DNA from: Lama guanicoe | Taxonomy: Eukaryota | Direction of reading: 5' to 3' | NCBI GenBank assembly: GCA_013239625.1 | Contig: MU056144.1 | Location: 368,099 to 432,098 of the forward strand | DNA: 64,000 nt | Shown: piece by piece, positions 12,823 to 24,880 of the stretch | Layout of the letters: each line of letters begins with the position of its first letter | Numbering within the stretch: the first letter of the stretch is position 1 | Program-made: the position numbers and the translations under genes | Notes under the pieces: generated by a model | The model's database searches: none | Told to the model about the DNA's origin: nothing | What the model saw: only the letters and a program-made list of their open reading frames with translations

Positions 12823-14210
12823 AAAGGAGGCAAGGATACACAATGGAGAAAAGACAGTCTCTTTGGCAAGTGACGTTGGAAAAGCTGAACGTAAATCAGC
12901 ATGTAAATCAATGAAGTTAGAACACTCCCTCCCATACACAAAAATAAACTCAAAATGGCTTAAAGACTTAAGTATAAGACAAGACACTATAAATCTCCTA
13001 GAAAAAAACATAGGCAAAACATTTTCTGACATAAATCTTCACAATGTTCTCCTAGGTCAGTCTACCCAGGCAATAGAAAAAAGAACAAAAATAAACAAAT
13101 GGGATCTAATTAAACTTATAAGCTTTTGAACAGCAAAAGAAACCATAAGCAAAACAAAATGACAACATACAGAATGGGAGAAATACTTGCAAACGAGGTG
13201 ACTGACAAAAGTTTAATTTCCAGAATATATAAACAGTTCATACAACGTAACAACAACAACAAAAAAAACCCAATCCAAAAATGAGCAGAAGACCTAAACA
13301 AGCAATTCTCCANNNNNNNNNNNNNNNNNNNNNNNNNNNNNNNNNNNNNNNNNNNNNNNNNNNNNNNNNNNNNNNNNNNNNNNNNNNNNNNNNNNNNNNN
13401 NNNNNNNNNNNNNNNNNNNNNNNNNNNNNNNNNNNNNNNNNNNNNNNNNNNNNNNNNNNNNNNNNNNNNNNNNNNNNNNNNNNNNNNNNNNNNNNNNNNN
13501 NNNNNNNNNNNNNNNNNNNNNNNNNNNNNNNNNNNNNNNNNNNNNNNNNNNNNNNNNNNNNNNNNNNNNNNNNNNNNNNNNNNNNNNNNNNNNNNNNNNN
13601 NNNNNGAACTATAATTTGAAAAGATACATGCATNNNNNNNNNNNNNNNNNNNNNNNNNNNNNNNNNNNNNNNNNNNNNNNNNNNNNNNNNNNNNNNNNNN
13701 NNNNNNNNNNNNNNNNNNNNNNNNNNNNNNNNNNNNNNNNNNNNNNNNNNNNNNNNNNNNNNNNNNNNNNNNNNNNNNNNNNNNNNNNNNNNNNNNNNNN
13801 NNNNNNNNNNNNNNNNNNNNGAAATAAGCTAGAAGGAGAAAGAAAAATAACACATAATATCGCTCATATGTGGAATCTAAGAAGAAAAAAAAAAGGCACA
13901 AATGAGCTCATTTACAAAACAGAAACAGACTCACAGACCTAGAAAAGAAACTTATGGTTACCAGGAGGAAAGCGAGTGGGAAGGGATAAATTTGGGAGTT
14001 CGAGATTTGCACATACTAACTACTATATATAAAAATAGATTAAAAAAACAAATTTCTTCTTTATAGCACAGGAAACTATATTCAATATCTTGTAGAAACC
14101 TATAGTGAAAAAGAATATGAAAAAAATTCATGTATATATATATGACTGACACATTATGCTGTACACCAGAAACTAACACATTATAACCTGACTGTACTTC
14201 AAAAAGCATT
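12823..14210 (+). mobile_element. 5'-truncated L1 (ORF2 C-terminal part plus 3' UTR), degenerate, spanning two N-runs
   Basis: ORF 12794-13129 reads PYTKINSKWLKDL...INKWDLIKL (L1 ORF2); the 3' UTR ends ctgtacaccagaaactaacacatt...tacttcaaaaa. Confidence 0.97.
13313..13820. other. Two N-runs (13313-13605, 13634-13820) separated by 28 called bases
   Basis: Seen directly; both lie inside the L1. Confidence 0.99.
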
Positions 14211-15264
14211 TTTTTAAAAAATACTAAATAATTGATTATAGACAAATGTTATCAAGACATGTAAGATTATCAACATTATTCCTAAAAGCTCAGTCCCTCA
14301 AGACAATCAAAACCCATTCATAATCTAACTACGGAGTTGCACAATTGTACCAAGAAGGCAGCACCTCTCAGAGAAAGATGCTGAGGGCACAAGTCAGAGG
14401 CCAGCACGTCCATGTCCACGTGCACTGTACTAATAATTAGGGGAAGCATGCCCACACATGTGAGGGAGAAAGATGAAACGGAAGCTTTTGACTTGCATTA
14501 GGTGGCAGTCCTGGTCCTGTGTGGTCAGTAAGGATGTCTTTGTCCTGTGACTGACAACAGCCTTCCCACACTCTTTAACCTGCGGGATTGTTTTTTGAAC
14601 TTGAATTTGAATTCCCACATCAGTTCCTATCTGTTCCCAACGATCTTTCTGGATTAGGAAGTAGGAATCTGGAGTATTTTTCCTGCACTTGGAGTAATCT
14701 CTGGAATGGCCGAATTCTTGGGAACTGAAGCAACACATGGCTCGCGCATATGGTACAGAGACCAGGGCACACACATTGGCAAACGCTGCAGCTTCTCAGC
14801 AGACTCAGGCAGGAATCAGACAGACGTGCTGTGGGTGGTACTTATGGTAGCACCTGGTCCAAAGGCGGGAGTTCAAGCACCGACAAATGTCTGTGGGGAA
14901 TTCTTCCACGCCAGCCTCAGCCAGCTCTTCTGCGAGCCTCTTGCTTTTCTGTTTTCTGGAGACTGTTCTCTCATGGATCCTCTCCCCCAGGCATCCATCT
15001 CATCCCAGCTGCCACAGGCATCCCCAGCCCAGAATGAACTTTCTCAGCGGGAACCTGGGAGCCTTCCAAGCCACGGAGATTTTCCATCCTGCTGAATAGC
15101 ATTGGCACCGGCTTTCTTTTCTCATCCAGATTTCACTACAGCCGGATGTGCGTTGGCACAATTGACCAAAGCAGGTATCCTGGGCTCAGAGGTTGAGACT
15201 TCCTCCTCCTGGTTGTGGTAAATGTGTTGGAGGAGATGAACAATGATTCTCTTTTTTTTCTTTT

Positions 15265-15680
15265 TGGCACTGACAACTGGTGGATGGGGACACCATGAAT
15301 TAATGCAGTGATTACTGAAGGAGAAGGATGAGGGAAGGGAGGAGAGTTATCCTGAATTCAGTTTGGGGCAGATTAAGTCTCAGGTGGATTCAGAACATCT
15401 CTGAATACAGATCAGCACAGAAAATGCAGAATCAGGGCTCAGAAGGGAAGACAGGGCTGGAATTACAGCCTGGATGCCTTCTACTTATTGACGAGGGGGT
15501 GATGCTGTGAGAGTAGTGACATCACCCACAAAGAGCCAGTTGAACACTAAGAAAACAAGGGTCCGTGTACCTTGGGGAACATTTAGGTATAAATGTTAAC
15601 ACTGCAAAAGAGGAGCCAATGAAAAAGCCCAAGGCAATGCAGTCATAAATGTTGAAGAAACGTGGAAGCAGTGTTTCTTC
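15265..15680 (-). mobile_element. L2 fragment
   Basis: tgaattcagtttggggcagattaagtctcagg...gggctcagaagggaagacagggctggaatt...gacatcaccca. Confidence 0.7.
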
Positions 15681-16020
15681 TACCTCATAAACTAAATGCA
15701 AACATCATCTTAACTGTACTCTGTCCCATGCATTGACAGTCATACGTGGCCACTAAATAAGAGGGGACTTGATCAAGATTCTACCGGGGGAGTGCTAAAA
15801 TACCACATCTATTTTTACACTTAGATATTCTTGGCCATTCTCTCAGTGATTCTATCCATCTTGACTCCAATGACACAGTTTCCGCTCCACATTCGCAGCC
15901 TACTTTGAACCCCTGCAAGTCACAACCAGTTGCTCTGAAGAATCTACAGTTTTACTTCTGTGGTCAAGGCGTTGACCATGTGATAGTATCAGAGTATCAC
16001 CACTGAGAGTTAGATGGTGG

Positions 16021-16550
16021 AATTCATTGTATTCATTCATTAAACAAATACTTTGCATGCTCTAGACTCTTCGAAAGGAGCTATGGTGTAATGGAGGGCA
16101 ACAGGCATGACCATGGCCGTTGATTTGTAAGTATTACTACTAAATATATAAAAATAGATAAAAAACTGAATATCCTCGCTATAGCACAGGAAACCATATT
16201 CAGTATCTTATAGTAATGTTTAATGAAAAAGAATATGAAAACAAATGAACGTATGTATATGACTGAAACATTATGCTGTACACCAGAAACTGACACATTG
16301 TAAACTGACTATACTTCAATTACAAAAAAGAAAAGCAACTCTGAACTGATCGATATCCAAACAAACAAACAAACAAACAAAAGGCTTACAGACTAGCTGG
16401 GAAATAAACATTTGTCAAACAGTATTATAAATGTTACAAACGGTGTGTTATGAATAATATGAGGCATCATAAAAAGTACATAGAGACATCCCCGTAACCA
16501 TAAACCTTTGAATTGAGTCTAAATGAAAAAGGAGAAGTGAACGGACTAAA
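16021..16550 (-). mobile_element. L2 3' end, interrupted by an L1 fragment
   Basis: attcattcattaaacaaatactt...; resumes aaggcttacagactagctggg after 16382. Confidence 0.6.
16122..16334 (+). mobile_element. Short L1 3' UTR insertion
   Basis: tatagcacaggaaaccatattcagtatctt...ctgtacaccagaaactgacacattgtaaactgactatacttcaat plus A tail. Confidence 0.92.
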
Positions 16551-16997
16551 GATATTTTAAAATGCTTTTCTATTCCTACTCATGAATTTTTGATTCTCAG
16601 TATCCCCAAAATCAAGTAGCAGAATTAAGGAAAGTTTCCAAATCTATAAACTGAAGGATGAGAGCTCTTATAATGACTTACTCTAAATTCATAAGTTTAA
16701 GATATATGGGGCCCTTCAACATATCTTTAAAAATTTCAGAAACATTCAGAAATACCTGAGCCCATCCTTAAGCTGTAATAAATTATATGCATATCAGAAT
16801 CTCTACCTACTGAAAACTTCTGGAGGTAAGGGAAAGTGTATCATTTACATCTGGCTCTCTAGAGTGTTCCATAAAGCAACTTAAACTAAGACAGGGCTTA
16901 ACATACAACATTTATTTTGTAATACCAGTAATACGTACAGGCATACATATGTGTGTATGTCTCATATATAATATATAATGTATAATTATTCAGAGAA

Positions 16998-17180
16998 AAT
17001 TAACTAACATTATATGGTGCTTTTAAATCACAGTTCTAAACCGTTATCGGGGAGGTTAGCATGATCCGCACCTGACAGGTGAAGATGTGGAGTCACTCGA
17101 GCGTCAACAATCACACATGGTGAGCAGTCAAAGGAGGTTGTAGGTGGGGCCTTCAGAGATCACACTGATGACCTTCTCAG
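16998..17180 (-). mobile_element. MIR/MIR3 remnant
   Basis: taactaacattatatggtgctttta...catgatccgcacctgacaggtgaagatgtggag. Confidence 0.45.
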
Positions 17181-17949
17181 CGGGTCTCCACACCTCGGCC
17201 TTTCACTGAACTAACGGGATGGCATGAGGTTAAAAAAAGATACTCCGTGAGAGGCTGCAAAAATGCTTCGTAAAGTGCTATGTTAGCAGTGAAAAGGAAA
17301 TTAGGTAATGGACAAAGAATACATTTACAACAAAAAATAGTGGATACAAAACCAGTGTGAGTGCAGTCTGGGAGCTTCGGGGACCTTTGATGAGAGATTT
17401 AGAAGTTCATGGCAGTTCATACATGGAAGGATGCTTCCTCCGACAGTCAGATGAGCTAATTAATCCGCATTTAACCCAGCTGGGTCTTATATCTAGCCTG
17501 CCTGTTAATCAGCATGTATTATTTTGCCAGCAAAAGCACAATCTCTTTAGAAGATAACTGTCAGGTTCATTTTTGCTAAAAGCAAAATCATATTTTGACA
17601 TATGATAGAATTTTTTAAAAGCGACATAGGAAAGCCACACTTACTGTTAAATATTTCCTATTAAATAGATTGGTATCATAGTTTTGTTTTAGTTACTTTT
17701 ATAAACTCATTCACAGCTCTTCATTTAAAGTTTTGCATTTTAAGGCTATCGAGATAAAATTAGTGTTTCTTTCAGCTTGCCTCTTGCTTCCACAAGATTT
17801 GATGTCACCAGGGAAGTTATAGAGGTAGACAGGATATGATGGTACCCGCCAAGCCAGTCCTTTCTTGGCAATGGTGCTACAGGTGCATGTCTTTTTTCAT
17901 ACTGTCCATCATGTTATATGGCAATTCATCATTAGATTAAACGTATTTT

Positions 17950-18060
17950 CCAACAGACCCTCAGCTCCTTGAGGGCAGAAAATTTATTTTTTCTCATTTT
18001 TACATTCCTAGCAGGAAGGCTGGTTTATCACATCTTTCAAATGTGGGTATCACTTAGTTT
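17950..18060 (+). mobile_element. L2 3' terminal fragment
   Basis: agctccttgagggcagaaaattt...tttttacattcctagca. Confidence 0.6.
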
Positions 18061-18250
18061 AATAAATTAAAGTATTACGCTCACAGAATAAAGAGTTTTG
18101 AGATGTGAATAAAGGTGAAAGGAGAAATGATGACAGAGTCTGGAGTATTTGATGGTGAGAGTCTGTTCACATAACCAGAGTGATTTCCTGAAGCTGATGC
18201 CCTGAATAAAACTTTAGGATAGTAACCACTGTAGCACGTCACGTTCACAT

Positions 18251-18289
18251 CACACGCACGCACGCGCGTGCATGCACGCGCATGCACAC
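18251..18289. repeat. Alternating purine-pyrimidine tract containing an 18-bp perfect palindrome
   Basis: cacacgcacgcacgcgcgtgcatgcacgcgcatgcacac; gcgcgtgcatgcacgcgc at 18264-18281 is self-complementary. Confidence 0.95.
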
Positions 18290-18899
18290 TCTCACCTTTC
18301 CTGCCTTTACCAAAAGGTAAAATAATGTCTCAGCAAACATCATCTTCTGTCGGTGTTCTGCATGTTAGATTACTGGGTAGGTGTATAACTTGGTGGGGAC
18401 ACAGTGTCTAGGCTGGTCTTGGATCGTTTGTCAATTTCATTCCCCATTATCCACTCTGAATTCCCAAAATAATTTGGCGTTAGCAGGAGAATAATGTCAC
18501 AAAAGCATATCTTTGGAACCCGTGTACCATTTTAGATCAACACTTTATTGAACTTAATATGTTTTAAAGCATTTGTACAAGCTCTTTATTCCCTTCTGTG
18601 ACCTCATTTAAGACTCAAGTAACGAAACAGGTGATGAGGGCCAGGAAAAGATGACAACATAGGTACTGAGCCACGATTTGCAAGATCACTGAGTTATTTT
18701 GATCCAGCACCTGGACTGACATCAGCTCAGATGAGCCTTGCCCTGTGGCTTCACTTTTTAGTGGGAAAGATGTGGGACCCAAGAGGAGGTGAATTATATT
18801 GTTTAAATATATTGTTAAATTATATTGTTTGATGCAGCATCAGCTCCCTGCCAGCCTTTCCAAACTGAACTGTAACTGTTTTTAGGGTCCTTCCCTCTT

Positions 18900-20170
18900 T
18901 CAGACAGTGATTCAGGAGACACTGACCCAACCCCCAGCTCCCAAAATGAGCCTGATTAGACAAAGGATAATCCTCCAAACTTGGCAATTACCGGCTTCAG
19001 AACCTTAGTAAGCGTCAGACCAGAGCTTTCCCCGGCCAGGGGGATTGCTTCAGAATGCGCACGTGAATACAGAAACAGTATGGAGGAGCGTCAGAAATGA
19101 AAAACAAAACTACCAAATAACTCAGCAATTCCACTTCTAGAAACATGTCCAGAAGAAACTAAAACACCAACTGAAAAAGGTATCTGTACCGCACCACCAT
19201 GTTAATACCACCGTTACTTACAACAGTCAAGACAAGGAAACAACGTAAGAACCATCAACGTTCAGTGGATAAAGAGGACGAGGTACATGTAGACAATAAA
19301 CTATGATTCAGCCATTAAAAAAAAAAAAGGATATCCTGCCATTTGTGACAACCTGGATGGGTCTTGAGGGCATTATACTAAGTGAAATAAGTCAGACGGA
19401 TAAAAACAAATACACTGTGACCTCTTATAATGTGGAATCTAAAAACACACAAATGAACAACAACAAAGAAAAACCCCAAAAAACTCACAGAAAAAAAGAG
19501 ATTAGATTTGTAGTGACCAAAGGCAGTGGTAGGAGGAGGGGGAATCAGAGAGAGGTAAACAAAAGATACAGACTTCCATTTACAAGGTAAATAAACAAGG
19601 ACCAGTTGACACTGCTGTGTGGTACATATGAAAATTAAGAGAGTAAGTCCCAAGAGTTCTTATCACAAGACAAAAAACTTTTTCCTTTCTTTTTTTTTTC
19701 TTTCTCTTTTTATGATACCTGTATGAGATCATGGATGCTAACTAAACTTACCATGATAATCACGGCACAATATATGTAATCAAACTATTATGTTGTACAC
19801 CTTAGATGATACGGTGATGTAGGTCAATTCGATCTCAACAAAACCAGAAGAAGAACGAAAAAAGAAATGGGTATATGACCTACATCAGGTCAATCAGACC
19901 TAGAAAAGGGTGGGGGAAGCTCCTGGAGGAAGAAGGTTCCTCAGGAGGACCCGAGCACTTACGCTGTCTGCTCCTTTGAATGATGTAGCGTGAGGATGTG
20001 AAGCCAGATTTCTATAACCAGCCATCACGAAGAGGCGCCGGAAGTCACAGCAAGCCCGTAAGGAGACGCACCATATGGCAATCCCCAGCTTGTCTTCCCA
20101 ACCGTACGAGCAATACATCCCCTAATTGTTCGGAGTTCTTAGACTTAATTGGGTTTCCTACTACTGACAG
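18900..20170 (+). mobile_element. Old ERVL/MaLR LTR (LTR33/LTR16/MLT1K-like) split by an L1
   Basis: aatgggtatatgacctacatcaggtcaatcaga and end aatacatcccct...ttgggtttcctactactgacagctaaa; left part has ggggattgcttcagaatgcgcacgtga. Confidence 0.55.
19100..19860 (+). mobile_element. Older L1 (L1MA9-like) ORF2 end plus 3' UTR
   Basis: ORF 19303 reads ILPFVTTWMGLEGIILSEISQTDKNKY (ORF2 C-terminus); 3' UTR aagagagtaagtcccaagagttcttatcacaag...atgttgtacacct. Confidence 0.92.
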
Positions 20171-20189
20171 CTAAATACATCTTTCTGCT

Positions 20190-20345
20190 ACTATTACCGT
20201 GTGGTAGGCACCCTATTATGCATTGCCTAAACTTAATTTTTATTACAACCCAATAAGGTTGATTATCCACATTTTACAGAAAAGAAAACTAAAGCTCAGG
20301 GATGACACAGAGGAGCCATAATTTTAAACATGTGTCTGTGTTTGA
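20190..20345 (-). mobile_element. MIR SINE
   Basis: attatccacattttacagaaaagaaaactaaagctcag. Confidence 0.75.
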
Positions 20346-21099
20346 TTGGTTAGTTTTCTTTGCTCCAAAGCCTACGACTGAAGCTGCTGCACCTTGGGGG
20401 TGGTGGGGAGGAAGAGCTGAACAAATTATTTCAGCCTTCCTATATCAGTACTTTCATGGTTTATCAGTAATTTCTGAAATGTTACATTGTACAAAAATGG
20501 ATATAAAAACTTGGGCAGCTAGGCCCGAAATTAAACTGGCTCTATAAATACAGATTTATAACCACATCAGATACAAACACATATAAGCGCCATAAACTTG
20601 ACTACAAAATAAGTGGCATACACAAACACATTTACAAAAAGGGATCTCGATTCTAAGCCATCATTGTAAAACTAGCTCACTGGTACCAGAAAATATCACT
20701 CAACTGGATACAAATGTTCGACTGTATATAAGTTGTATATAAATGTTACATATACATGTACATGTATATAAATGCTCACAATATGTTACGGTATTTTTTC
20801 TATAGTTAATTTCAAAGGGTTATGTCATTCATAACAAAAAAGCAAATCCAAGTAAAGCATACGTCATTCAAAAGTTACGCCATAGGAAATTGATACGTGT
20901 GTAAAGTGCATTATTTTTAAGAATGGACACATATGAATACGGCAAGAACCAGATTAATCTTGTCACCTCAATGCTTTACAAGAACTGACTTAAAAATTTG
21001 TAATTTTCCTGTTTTATCGACTTTCCCTTGTTCTGTGGGTTTCTCTCACTAGTCTCAAAAAACAGTTGAGTCATGCTAAACTACAAACCCAGAGCTTCT

Positions 21100-21610
21100 C
21101 TGACCCACCTGCCCTCTGGTCACAAGTCATCTGTATCTTTTCTTTGTCTTCCTTCCATCCTCAGACTCTCGTCCTCAACTTCATTCACTCAACCCCCACA
21201 CATCTCACAATTTTCACTCACGGGGCTTTAGAGACTGCTTTCACTACAGAGAAGTAATTTAATTGGTAATTCCAAGCAATATACACCCAGGTCTTCCTAC
21301 CTGACTTCTGGTTCTGCTGTGAGACGTCCTCCCTCCTTCATCTCCAGGACGCCACACAATCATAGTATTCCTTCTGGCTGCTGCTGCTTCTCAGTCTACT
21401 TTCCAGATTGTCCTCTGTCTATCCTTCAGTGTCGCTTTCTTCAAGGGATGGCTTTAATTTTCTTTAATTCTCATATAATATGCACCATCTAAGCAATGAT
21501 TTCATCACACTCCCATGCGCATCAGTGGTCATATACATGCTGATGACTGTAACACTCCCATGTGGTTGTCTGGTCATCTCATTTCCACAACACACTCCAA
21601 GACAACTATC
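21100..21610 (+). mobile_element. L2 ORF2 (RT region) remnant
   Basis: Pyrimidine-rich L2 body; catatacatgctgatgac translates HIHADD, a decayed YADD RT motif. Confidence 0.7.
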
Positions 21611-24600
21611 TCCTATCACCAAGACAGCAAAATACCTAGTTATGTATTAATGAGTAGTCTATATATACATCAAAAAGAGGATTATTATAGCTATGCAGAA
21701 AAGTTCTTTTAGAAAAGCAAGAAAATCAAACCCTTTTTAGACATCGTAAAAATTCAATCTGCATTATTCTAGATCCAGATGTATTATAATTGGTAAAAAT
21801 TAATGAAAAAAGAAATGCATTTAGAACAGCCTGGTATCTGTATTGCTTGGCACAATCTGAGCCAACATTATGTTAGCCTCTCCGTGCGGTTACTCACTTT
21901 GGATAGGCTTTCTAGAGTTGTCCATGTGAGAAACACCTTGATTGCAAATCAGCATCTGCAATTTCAAGTGTCTGCCCTTGTGACTTTCAAATCGAGGCTC
22001 ATATTATAAATCACTGTTTATTTTCTCTCCCTGCAGCATCTTAGTATCTATGGCACGTCTCTTATGATCAGCAGTTACAGCATTGTCCAGGATGATAACC
22101 TACGCCTTTGGGGTGTCTTCCAAGCCTGCCCACGGTGAATTTAAATGATGATACAACCTCTATTTTAAGTCAGGTCATCCTAAAGTATCCTCTAGAGAAA
22201 ACCCATCCAGTTGTTTTTGCATAACCCAGTTTCAGAAACAGGGAGAAACTTTTGTTTATTTATATGGTGTATAAAAGACAAAAAAAATGTTGTCAAAATA
22301 TAATCTCAAAACCTTTGGGAAGTTATCATTGTTTTGCTATGGTGAAATCTCTTCTTGAAGACACCCAAGATTAGATTTCTTCGGATGCAGAGTACTTATT
22401 CACCAGAGATCCAGCAAAGGCATGTTCACAGGGGACAAAATCTTATTTTCCCCTGAATCAGATTATTCTTCTTTTCTAATTGAAGTATAGTCATTCTTCA
22501 CTGTTGCCACTATAGCTACATATGCACATGGCTGTATTTCTAGACTGTGAACTCATCTAGGTCAGAAACATCATATATATTATCAATTCCTGCCCCATCC
22601 TTTTGTGCAAAGGGAAAGTAAGTACATGGAGAGCTTGAACGATGCTACTATTATTTAGCAGTTTACCTGGAAGCCTCTTTCCCCTGTAATGTGTTCAAGG
22701 CCAATGATATAATGGTTAAGTATTTTTAAAAGCCATAAACATCATTCTCTTTTTAAACCTGAGAAAAAATATTGTCTCAGATAAAGTAAAATAAAGTCAT
22801 AAGATTCAAATAAGCTCTTTTTTTTTCACTAAAAGTAGCTGTCATTTTGTTTACTATAATGCATCACCTTGAACCCTAACCCTTCATAATTATTTTTAAA
22901 ACCAATGTTGTGTCCATGCACCTTATTTTTGTGACCTAAATTTTCTGTTTCTTCTCAATGTAGGTCACTTTTGATATTCTATCAGTTAATGCATTACCAT
23001 TTCCTATTATCAATATTTTAAAATTAAAATACTGTATATAAATGATGGATAAAGTCTCTCCAGATATTAAGAACAGCGAGGGCTCCTTGGTAACTGTTGA
23101 GGAAGATGCAACACTTAAATCTTCCAGGCTTTCATCTGGAATTACCAGTTAAAGGCAAGGCTATCTAAGAGATGATAATTTTATCATTTGCCAATCTCTA
23201 GTTTTGTAAAGTTTACGTTCTGTGTGTAACTTAGGTACCTGATCAGCCTACACAATTTAACAAATTCTTATGATATAATTTGTATTTAATATTTACAATG
23301 AAGAATGTAGACTAGATTCAACGATGCCCTGGTGAGTAAAAAACAGTAGTTATCCAATAAAGTAAAAAAAGACTACTGTTTGCATGGAGGCATGAGAAAT
23401 AGATATCTGCGACTTCTGTTTGATTTGCAGGTAGGTTTTTAACCTACGTGCTGAGATTAATTTAGAGCTTCCTTCTTGCAGGAAGAGATTTGCCTGTTTA
23501 TCAACACGCGTATCAAGACTGTCTGCTGAGCTTCACAAATTACTGTCAGTTTTTTAACAAGTTCAAAATGTAAAGGATTTCTTCTGTGACTACAGAATGC
23601 CATGGTGGTAATCATTCTGAAGGATCTAACACTTCTATCCTGATATGAAAGTTACCATCAAATTCGATTTTTAAAATTTTGTTACCTGATTAAATTTAAA
23701 ATACACACCCATCCAGTAAAAACTTTCAACTTAAACAAACAAACAAACAAAAAAAACCCAGGATATTTCTATTTGGATAACACAAAAGAATCTTAGTATG
23801 TAAAGATAAAATGGTTGAATAATTAGATGGAGGCTACACAAGAGTTGTGTTTATAAAGCAGTTTCCCTTGCTCATTTAAAATGCACAATAAAAGTTGGAA
23901 AATATTAATATTTAATTTTACTTTAATTATAAGGGATGCAAGTAAATATTGAATGTGTTTATGTTTCATTACTTTTGGAAGTAAAGATTAAGGTTAATGA
24001 TTTTGTTTTTGTTTTCTGGCTTAGGGCTATTTGGGAGGGAGGGGACCTGAACAGAGTCAGAGGCCTGGGTATGGCAAATAGAAGGGGAACCCCACAGCTC
24101 AGAGCTCTGGCTACCCAGGAGTCATCACAGGATTCTTCTTTACTTTTAAAAAAATCTGGTTATTAATTACTTTAACACTCTTAATTATTTGCGCTTGACT
24201 TCTTTAACACTGACTAATTTCCATAGTTTTAAAGCATGTCTAAATACTTTTTTGTCCACCAACTAATATTTCTAAGTCTAATATATTTTCCAGAAAGAAA
24301 CTAAACCCACCAATTGGAATTTAGAATCTTAACAAAGCGAGATCATTCTGCTTGGAGTTACTATCAGATCTCCACTTCCCCAAGTGTTACTCTGTGAGTC
24401 TGTATTAAATTTTGTTCAGATAAAGTCTGAGGCACTGAATAGTTCACTTTTCATCGTAGAGTACCTGTTACTTGGATCCCACACTTGCACCTTAGACACT
24501 TGCATGTTGTCTATCTTCTGCTCAGAAAAATACATCCTTAAATAAGATACATAGGACCCTTCTATAAGATTCATTTTGCAACTGAAGTCCTTAGCTGTTT

Positions 24601-24689
24601 TAAGTAGCATGTTATATTGGGAAGAAGAAGGAATTCCGGAATTGGTACAAATAGTCAATGTATTTACATTTTGTTTCGACTACTACCAC

Positions 24690-24880
24690 CTTTTTATTGA
24701 GTACATCCTTTAACTAGGCATTCTTAAGTGCCCTTTTATGTAATTATCTTCTAAATATCATCTTTATTTTTTGAATAAGAATATTTAAGGTTTAGAGAAG
24801 TGAGCTACCGTGCTGAACATCTTCCAGCCCTGAAGTGGTAAGCACCACGATGTCAACTCCAAAACTCATGCTTTGAATTA
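24690..24880 (-). mobile_element. MIR SINE
   Basis: tttattgagtac...taaggtttagagaagtgagctaccgtgctgaacat...ctccaaaactcatgcttt. Confidence 0.65.

Noticed and set aside
12794-13942. Long ORFs of 108-261 aa around 13 kb
   Set aside because: They are L1 ORF2 remnants or artefacts of reading through N-runs.
22038-22135. Strong plus-strand acceptor (ttttctctccctgcag) with open frame HLSIYGTSLMISSYSIVQDDNLRLWGVFQACP
   Set aside because: Weak donor, unrecognised peptide and no partner exons.
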